This document shows, one piece after another, positions 54,893-64,000 of a stretch of DNA of 64,000 nucleotides. The first letter of the stretch is position 1. The number at the start of each line of letters is the position of its first letter. Source of the stretch: Octopus sinensis (taxonomy: Eukaryota); NCBI RefSeq assembly GCF_006345805.1, contig NC_043000.1, forward strand, positions 130,014,001 to 130,078,000. Direction: 5' to 3'. The position numbers and the translations under genes are program-made. The notes under the pieces are model-generated. The model was not told where the DNA came from. It saw only the letters and a list, made by a program, of their open reading frames with translations, and ran no database searches.

Positions 54893-55333
54893 CTGCTCAA
54901 TACCACAGATTTGCTTGTCAGTTGTTTGACCTTAACCAGTTGAGCATGTCCCTTAGTGGCTGACGATATGTGCATCTCTGATCACGAGCAGAAGTAGTGG
55001 GGGAGCATCATAGCCATGTGTTGAGAGGGATGCTTTGGGGTTTGAATAGTTCACCTCTGGAAACATGGGTGTGGTTTTTCAACATCCTTAAACACCCTTA
55101 TTCGGGGACCGTTTGAGCGGGATGGGCTACTCAACCTGAAGAAAATTCAAACTGGGCCCACCTGCAAGGTCATGTGCTGTTTATCTTGATATGAGATCAC
55201 CATGTCGCGCACATATGGTTGTGATGCATGTGCCTGGTGTACCTTTATCAGACGGGTAGTCATGATGGGTATATTGGGCTTCGTATATTTTACCCCAGTG
55301 TCACTTTGATGGCATGAACTGCTCTCTCACTCA
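54893..55333. repeat. About 440-bp non-coding interspersed repeat flanked by (TAA)n
   Basis: GC-richer block bounded by TAA tracts; recalled as a common octopus repeat, class unknown. Confidence 0.5.
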
Positions 55334-55360
55334 ATAATAATAATAATGATAATAATAATA

Positions 55361-55582
55361 ATCCATTCTACCATAGGCAAAAGGCCTGGAATTTGGGGGA
55401 AGGGATAGTCGACTATATTGACTCCAGCACACAACTGGTACTTATTTTTATCTTTCCCGAAGGATGAAATGCAAAGTCGACTTTGCTTTTCATCAAAGTG
55501 GAATTTGAACTCAGAACGTAAAAAGCCGGTAGAAATGTCGCTAAACATCTCCGGCGCGGTTAACCATATTTCCAGCTCGTCG
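55361..55582 (-). mobile_element. SINE-B2, tandem copy 1
   Basis: B head and central domain with B2 tail, embedded in (TAA)n. Confidence 0.85.
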
Positions 55583-55633
55583 TAATAATAATAATAATAA
55601 CAATAATAATGATAATAATAATGATAATATAAT

Positions 55634-55853
55634 ATCCATTCTACCATAGGCAAAAGGCCTGGAATTTGGGGGAAGGGATAGTCGACTATATTGACTCCAG
55701 CACACAACTGGTACTTATTTTTATCTTTCCCGAAGGATGAAATGCAAAGTCGACTTGCTTTTCATCAAAGTGGAATTTGAACTCAGAACGTAAAAAGCCG
55801 GTAGAAATGTCGCTAAACATCTCCGGCGCGGTTAACCATATTTCCAGCTCGTC

Positions 55854-55854
<1 letters not shown>
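55634..55854 (-). mobile_element. SINE-B2, tandem copy 2
   Basis: Matches copy 1 apart from a 1-nt deletion noticed by eye. Confidence 0.85.
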
Positions 55855-55942
<88 letters not shown>

Positions 55943-56294
55943 GCAGTAATTGCAGTAGGTGCTGTACGATTGTCATAAAAAGACTTAAACATGACATCAA
56001 CCATATTGTTATTTTTTCTCTACTTTATGATTATCAACTGGAAGTTTGACACAGATGCCAACTTTTAATGTAATTTCGCATGTCTAAATAAATAACTAAA
56101 GAGTAGTAGCTGTACTGATACATGCCAGCTTCGATAACACTGTTCATAGATTTTAATCAGGAAAAAAAATATGGCGCTCGTTTGACATTCATATTAGATT
56201 AGAGCAAATATTTTTCATCATTAATAAGATATAATAATGTTTCTCTTTATTTACCTATGTATTTATGGCATTATTTTCATATTGTGCTTTGCAG

Positions 56295-56371
56295 ATTAGT
56301 TGTTTCGTGATCGGAGAGATGTGGCTTTCGAAAGCAGACAAAAGAAAACAACTTCTTGACTACCACATATG
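56295..56371 (+). CDS. Candidate 77-nt exon
   Basis: ttcatattgtgctttgcag|ATT...ATA TG|gtaaga; only phase 0 open: ISCFVIGEMWLSKADKRKQLLDYHI(W). Confidence 0.35.
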
Positions 56372-56542
56372 GTAAGAGAAGCAGACAGTCAAAAAGAACA
56401 AGTAAAACTTTGCACAGATTATGCCGTTGCTATTCTATACGTGTCAAAGGAAAGCAATTTTAATTATATAAATCCCCATTCGGAATCAACAAAGATAGAT
56501 ATGCAGAGACTAGAAAAGTTTATTATAATGACGACGACGACG

Positions 56543-56596
<54 letters not shown>

Positions 56597-56607
56597 GTAC
56601 GAGCATA

Positions 56608-57010
56608 AACACGATGGCATCATCGAAAATTATGATGCAAAGATACTATGGATTTTATGATTCAGTGCGCTCATGAAATAAAGAATAGGAAACCAGGTAG
56701 TGTTAACTGAGAAAGAAAGCAAACGATGCTGGATTATAGATATAGCATGCCCAGATGAGAACAAGGTATACGATAAGAAAGAAAGAAAAGTCGATATACA
56801 TGACAGGTTAGCTTGGGAGACTAAACAGTTGTAGTCGATGAAAAAGGTGGTAGTAGTACTAATAACTGTTGGAGCCCTGGGGACATTGATAAAAATCTTG
56901 AGAAGTACAAGGAACAAATAGTGGCTGCAATAAGTGTGGAGCAGTTGCAGAAAATAGCACTGCTTGGAACCGCTCGAATAATCTAGATGGTGCTCGAAAA
57001 ATAAGGGGTA
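56608..57010 (+). mobile_element. R4/Dong LINE restriction-like endonuclease fragment
   Basis: ENYDAKILWDFMIQCAHEIKNRKP...CWIIDIACPDE...VGALGT...LQKIALLGTARII; follows a (TAA)n tract. Confidence 0.88.
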
Positions 57011-57059
57011 GTACATTTCCAACGTTAGAAGCTGTGCAAATGCATAACAACAACAGCAA

Positions 57060-57330
57060 CAATATGACAGAGCTGGGACCTATATATTCTAGAATCTATG
57101 CCAACAGTATAGAATAACAACAGGAAAAAGATGGTATATGCACACCCGGGAAAAGGTCAGAGAAAATGGGAAAGCGTCCATACCCTAGGATATGCTAATA
57201 CACACAGATAGAGAAACTAAGGCCAATAGGCCGCATTTAATTGTCAGAGATCACCAAGAAAAATATGCTTTCTAATCAATACCAACAGATACCAATGCTT
57301 ATCTAAAAGAAAGGGAGAAATACAAAGGAT
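57060..57330 (+). mobile_element. Third R4/Dong fragment (different subfamily)
   Basis: DRAGTYI..LCQQY...WY.HT.EKV.EN....DMLIHTDRETKANRP.LIVRDH. Confidence 0.75.
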
Positions 57331-57334
57331 GAAT

Positions 57335-57560
57335 TCTGTTAGGTATTTTGTCCGGCGTGCTAACGATTCTGCCAGGTCACAGTCTTAATAATAATAATAA
57401 TAATAATAATAATGATAATCCTTTCTACAACAAGCATGAAGCCTGAAATGTTGGGGTAGGATTAGATCGATTACATCGATTCCAGTACTCCACTGGTATT
57501 TATTTTATCGACCCCGAAAGGTCGAAAAATAAAGTCGATCACACCAGAATATCAACTCAG
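57335..57560 (-). mobile_element. SINE-B head fragment and a separate B2 3' half around (TAA)n
   Basis: ccggcgtgctaacgattctgccag; gatcgattacatcgattccagtac...atcgaccccgaaagg. Confidence 0.7.
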
Positions 57561-57669
57561 TACCAAATTCTTTTCAATTTTTAGATAAGCTAATTTTACA
57601 TCCAGAGCAAAATTGCTTTCGATGGTGGGAGATATATTCACCACTTAGAAATCTGGACGTGCATATATA

Positions 57670-57781
<112 letters not shown>

Positions 57782-58259
57782 GAATGGGGGAAATGAATAA
57801 ACAGATCGAAAGACTGAGCGAGAATGATAATTAATGAATATACTTTTGAATGAAGAAACGAGAGAGAATATTTTCAATCTTACAAAATAGTTTATCTATT
57901 CATTAGTTCGAAAAGAAAAGAAAAATGATATGAAGAATGTACAGTATTTCTACTCATATAGAATACACACAAGTACAAACATATTTATCACCCTACCTTA
58001 TATCAGTCGCGGACATCGACACCATCTTGAAAGCATACTACGTGCCGACCGTTGGCTTATATTGAACTCATCTGTTTTTTTTTGTTTTGGCATGTCTTGT
58101 TTTATGTCCTGCAGAGTGTCCACAATATCCTCCTCAGCTTGGCAAGCCGGTTGAAGGAGCCAGTTTAGTCGCCAACCACGCGACAATGAAACAGGCAGTA
58201 CTGGGTTACAATGGCATCCGCATCCATAACAGGATTTTCCGGATCTGACCTAAACCCGA

Positions 58260-58296
<37 letters not shown>

Positions 58297-58379
58297 AGTT
58301 ATGTATATTCATATGGATGATTGTATATGTATTCATATGGATGATTGTATATGTATTCATATTTTATATCCTTTGGCGA

Positions 58380-58720
58380 CAACCACTAAATCCACAATTA
58401 TTTTTATTCTCTCTGCTTATTTTCTCACATTCAATTTTCTATTGAAGAGCGTAGGCTCGAAACGTAAAAGACTGTTGTTTCTCTGTTAATTTCAACTATA
58501 TATATATATATAATTATATATATATAGAGGGAGAATTCACGAAAACAACAAAAGACGAAGTCAGGTGGTGTAGAAAACAAACAGATATATTAGTATAACG
58601 CTCGGGAAATGAAAATGTCTTTAACGTTTCGAGCCTACGCTCTTCCACAGAAAGGAACACAAAAAGAAACAAGGAGAGAAAAAAATGTGTGTAGTGGCTA
58701 CCGATCTATCGTATATATAT
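58380..58720. mobile_element. Two Penelope-type terminal repeats in inverted orientation
   Basis: gaagagcgtaggctcgaaacgt(a/t)aaagac at 58444-58472 (+) and 58617-58645 (-); related termini at about 32630-32685 and 45950-46010. Confidence 0.65.
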
Positions 58721-59300
58721 ATTATATATATATATATATTATATATATATATATATATATATCAAGAGAGAGAGAGAGAGAGATGGATGGATGGATGGAT
58801 GTTGGGGTGGATGAATGGGTATTACATATATATGTAGGTAAAGCAAGAAATTCCCAAACCACTCACGTAGTTAGAGGAAGATCTATCGATGTTTCTCTCA
58901 AAGTTCTTAGAGAAGAATGAAGAATTGTCCTATGTCTTTGTCCATGAAAACGGAGAACAAATGACGAATGAGAGAGAATAGCAATATTAAGTTGCTGTGA
59001 GTGCATGGGAGGGAATTGTTAGCCATTTCTTTTCATTATCAATTTCTTCATTTTTCTTACTTCTGTGGACTGACGCCGAAGAAAAACGAAAACATGTTCT
59101 CTTCTCCGAAAATTACTAATCTCAAATGTCAAAAAGGCTTCTCCCAACAGCATAGCTATCCCTGAATCCTGAAACTTTAAGAATACATGCAGATTTCTGT
59201 GGCGCCGACTCTACTAATATCTCCTGATTCGGTTTTGTACACCTACAGACACCTGTTTTTACGTGCACATATAGCATGTCTTTACACACACACACGCGCG

Positions 59301-59331
<31 letters not shown>

Positions 59332-59333
59332 AT

Positions 59334-59365
<32 letters not shown>

Positions 59366-59367
<2 letters not shown>

Positions 59368-60257
59368 CGTGGTCTGATCAATAAATATGACTGTTACCAT
59401 GGTAACGAAGCTAAAGCACGCAAAGTGAAGCCGCTTGGCACAGATTGACCACCTTGAACACTGCTGTGCATGCGCACTAAGTTTTAACGCTCTAGCTTAC
59501 TTTCACTGTTTACAGCAGTGCTTAGAAGGAAGGTATGTAGCGTGTGATCTTCGCATTAACCATAACAGAAAGTTGAGCAGAGAGTCTGCATCAAATTTTG
59601 TCAAAAGCTTGGTGGTACCTGCTCAGGGGCCTATGCAAAGTTTTCAAAAATGTTCATCGTTCTCGACACAATCAAGATTTTGTACAACTGAAAGCCCAGT
59701 GTAATTTTGGTCAGCTGAAAGCAGTTTTGGCACAAACTTGGCAGACATGCCTCTCATACCCAAATCTTCAGTGATAATAGACTGAACTGAACTGTAACTA
59801 ATCTGCACATCCTCTGATAACTCACGGATGCTGATTCGACGATTTCCCCTCAAAGACGCACGCATATTCGCGATGTTTTTCTCAGTACTGCTGGTTGCGG
59901 GTATCCCTGAACTTTCGTCAAAATCGACAATTTTCGGCCATCTTGGAAACGTCTGAACCACTCGTACACTTGTGTGTGGCTCATACACTCCTCTCCATAT
60001 GCTTTCTGTAACTTTACGCAGGCCTCTGAGCAGGTATTGCCATGACAACTTACTCTATTATGATCAATGCGACGATCACACACTATATACGTTCCTTCCA
60101 AACACTGCTGTAAACAGAGGAAGTGAGCTAGAACACTAAAACTTAGTGCACATGCACAGCAAAGTTCAAGGTCAATCTTTGCGAAGTGGTTTCACTCTGC
60201 GTGCTTTAACTTCATTACTATGGCAACAGTCCAAATACTTATTGATCAGACTTTGTA
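59366..60257 (-). mobile_element. Non-autonomous mariner with TA ends and long inverted 5' arms
   Basis: TIR tac..gtctgatcaataa.tat..gactgtt.ccat at both ends; LQKAYGEECMSHTQVYEWFRRFQDG and RRISIRELSED...SAKFVPKLL on minus. Confidence 0.9.
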
Positions 60258-61649
60258 CGCTACTGTGTTGTTATATAAATACATATATATATATATAAAT
60301 ACATATATGTATTCCTATTATACACGCTTATGTGTATGTGTGCATACGTGCATATACATAAGTTTACAAACCTATCTATCTCTCTATTTATATATTTATT
60401 TATATATCCATCTAGCTAGAGAGTTTGAAAGAGAAAATAAGACACAGAAAAAAAAAAAGAATTAGAGAGATAAACAAACATAGCTCTTTATTTCCGTCAA
60501 AAAAATCCTAACTATCCATCGCTTACTTTATATCTTTTCTGTAACTAATTGCTACGTTATCGACAAATTTCTCTGTTTCAATATATCAAAGTTTGAAAAA
60601 GGTGAAAAAAAAAAAAGAAAACTACTGACCAGTCAGTAGCGGATTACATAGAGTATAGTAAATACCTTCTAGAAAATTCTTTGATGTATAAGCTTTTGAT
60701 AATCATGTCGAAGTATTGGTTTTCGTTTTTATTTTTTGTCACAGCAAAAGTATAAAAATTGCCTTGAATTCTTCAATGGACATTTTTTAATGTTTAGTTG
60801 AATCTATTTCCTGATTAGTTTATATGGTGTTAGTAATATATTTACGAATGTACATACATTCAAACTTGGATACACACATACATACGAGACGATGTGACAG
60901 ACTCTGTAGTGTTGTACGGCAGACTAGAAATAACAGCCAACTTCAAGGCTGGGTGAGGCTTACAGGCTGTTGATTTTAGAAAAGAAATGCCACAGTGATC
61001 GAATCCATCTTAAATATTGAATAAATATGGATGATCACAGATGGAATGTTGTGCCGAGGCTTATCTGTGATGAAACAACAACATGAGTATGCACAAACAA
61101 AAACACATTTGTATACATACGTACTCAATGCATACACACTCACATTTATATAACACATCAGAAAGTTGTTGTTAATGCAAATGGATTAGCAATTTGTTTC
61201 TCTTGGATTAGTGAAGTTATGAAGACACCAATGATGGCACCGCAACAGGAATCGAAAATCGATTAAGGTTGTTCTTCAATTTTTCTTTCAAACTACTAAG
61301 AAATAGGTAACTTTGACATGTTTGAAAGACTTCTACGTAGTTTCACATATATCTTGATATTATTGATTGGGTTCCCGGTTCTCAGGCGTATATTATTAAA
61401 TGAGGTAATAAACATTGTGGTATGCAAATTTGCGGCTCCTGGGAATTGGAGAGACTAACTTTAATGCGTATATAAACAGACTGGCTACTTGTTTCTCTGA
61501 GATGGATCAAGTGATGTAGACATCTGGGATAAGTCCCCAATAATGGTCAAACATTGATCAAGACCATATTTTTCTCTCTTTTGGTAGAAAAATATTCATA
61601 GACATGCTCCAATCTCTGGCCCACATACAAACCCTTTCTTCACCACTCT

Positions 61650-61990
61650 GCTTTTTCTACCAAAATTTATAATGTCTTCCTCTCGCTCATTTCTACCACA
61701 TGTAGTCAACCAATCCTGGCCCACTTATAATTCATAATGAGTTCACCCAATTTCAAGAAGCAGACGAGGTTCCATTCCTAAAACGACATCAAGTCTTCTC
61801 TTCTGGGAATACCGGCTCCCGTGACTTCTCTGTCGTTTCGTTAATTTCCTAGTAGCTGTCGACTTCCATCAATTTAACAAACAGAGACATTGCTCTCACC
61901 ATTCCCGCAACGTTTACTACAAAGGCTTATGAAAATAGCAAAACTCATTCTTTCAGAACAAATAAGTACACATTTAAACGACAACCCCCA
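61650..61990 (+). mobile_element. Possible Penelope RT remnant
   Basis: FLVAVD..(LT)NRDIAL...KIAKLILS.N.YTF.D resembles PLE RT motifs; heavily decayed. Confidence 0.4.
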
Positions 61991-62032
61991 AATCCGTCAT
62001 ACGTTACACACATATCATAAACTAATATGTAT

Positions 62033-62087
<55 letters not shown>

Positions 62088-62296
62088 TATATATATATAT
62101 ATATATATATATTCATATAGACGTGTCTGTGAGTGTGCGTATGCGCGCGCGCGCGTGATGATGAATGATTGGTGATACGTTTGGGAATTATAGATGGAAT
62201 ATAGAAACAATGTGAAAGCGAAAGTAGAATATAAGTATGTGATAGGAAAGAACAGTATGTCAATAGTTGTTTCAGCGTTATAATTTCTGTCTCTAT

Positions 62297-62352
<56 letters not shown>

Positions 62353-63121
62353 TTAAATACTGGTTACGCAAACATGTTTGCAGCAGAGACCGATTGTTAT
62401 TGTAGATCAAAGCTTTTCATTTAAATCTACCAGGTTTCGTAGCACTCGTTTCCAATAAAAAGAAAAAAACAATAATTAAATTATCTGTACATTTTAGCAT
62501 ATTTACATAATGGAGTCTGATACCATAGAGAAAAATACTTTATTACAAATGTGTGTACGTGTGTGAGTGTGTGTGTGTCTTGAAGGTTAGTGGGAAGATC
62601 AATGGCAACATAAAAGCATGATTTTCTAAGTGAGAGATAAATTTACTGGGCAAAAAAAATGATTAAATGTTTGCTTAGTTATGCATCAACAACTGACTTC
62701 ATAATGATAACTTCTGATACAATTTTCTGAGAGACCAATCAGTGCTTATGTGCATTTACAGTGGTTGAAATGGCAAAGGAGTGTCCATGAAATTCGGAAC
62801 GGAACAAATATACAAATTTAAAAAGGGCTTTTTCCGAAATTGTCGGTTTTCATGTCGATATAATCGTGAATAAAGTTACATACATCAATGCATACACGTA
62901 TTATACATACGTTCATGCATATAAATATGTACGGTAACATATTCATGTGTATCGACCTTCAGCTTCTAATAATGTACATAAATTTACTTAGTGCCTTTTC
63001 TTCGTTTGTAAATTCAAACGACACAAACACACACACACACACGCATACATGTAGTTATTATTTTATATTGAATTATATTCATCTGTGTGTAGTTACAAGT
63101 TTCTCTTTCTCTCTCTCTGTA

Positions 63122-63186
<65 letters not shown>

Positions 63187-63188
<2 letters not shown>

Positions 63189-63582
63189 TCTTTTACTTGT
63201 TTCAGTATTTGACTACGGCCATGCTGGAGCACCACCTTTAGTCGAGCTAATCGACCCCGGGACTTATCCTTTGTAAGCCTAGTACTTATTCTATCAGGCT
63301 TTTTTACCGAACTGCTAGGTTACGGGGACGTAAACACACCACCATCAGTATCAACCGATGTCGGGGGGGAGCAACACAGACACACAAATACACACACAAA
63401 CACACATATATATATATACATATATACGACGGGCTTCTTTCAGTTTCCGTCTACCAAATTCACTCACAAGGATTTGGTCGGCTCTTGGCTATAGTAGAAG
63501 CCACTTGCACTAGGTGCCACGCAGTGGGACTGAACCCGAAACCATGTGGCTGGTAAGCAATCTACTTACTACATAGCCGCTC
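63187..63582 (-). mobile_element. SINE-A, full length
   Basis: Colinear with the other full copies. Confidence 0.92.
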
Positions 63583-64000
63583 ATTTTTGGAATTTACGCG
63601 CGTACCAGGTCACACACACACACATGTATATATACATGTGTATACATACACGCGCGCATGCAGGCACGCATATATGTATATGTGTGTATGTATATATATG
63701 TGGGTGTGTGTGTGTATGAAAGTGGTGTCCTACAATCCCTCAGCCGTAATGTTAAGAGCATACGAGACAGAAGAACAACGAACATAAATATGCCGAAACT
63801 GGCTATACAAACCTGTAGTTACATGATCGTTATCATGATAAGTATAGTTAACATTAAATCAAAGGCCATCTAGTGACAATTACGCGCCGATTAAAAAGCC
63901 AATATTAGTCAATGACTACTAAAATCTTCGTTTCTTTTCCTCAGCACGAATACGCGACATTTATCGGCCATAATCAGATCTGAGAAGTATTGACTTTAGT

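Overview
This is AT-rich, repeat-saturated animal nuclear DNA, most likely octopus/cephalopod judged from recalled SINE families (not database-verified). No intact long protein-coding gene, rRNA, true tRNA, CRISPR array or prokaryotic system is visible. Most ORFs in the supplied track are translations of (TA)n/(CA)n/(TATC)n/(TAA)n microsatellites. The window is mostly fossil mobile DNA: at least four tRNA-derived SINE families (working labels A-D), Penelope-like elements with degenerate hammerhead-ribozyme motifs, CR1, RTE and R4/Dong LINE remnants, and Tc1/mariner remnants. A few short candidate exons occur on both strands, but none matches a protein I recognise and some may be chance. Best leads: (1) a textbook branchpoint-polypyrimidine-CAG|GTAAGT zero-length-exon (recursive splice) motif on the minus strand at 42.76-42.79 kb; (2) antisense SINE-A copies carrying a ready-made 67-68 nt cassette exon; (3) a mariner fold-back element made of two 5' ends; (4) minimal type-I hammerhead-like folds; (5) a (TAA)n-nucleated R4/Dong insertion hotspot with a locally templated 5' junction; (6) several unexplained perfect hairpins, duplications and a GC-rich island. 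All alignments, folds and percentages are by eye.
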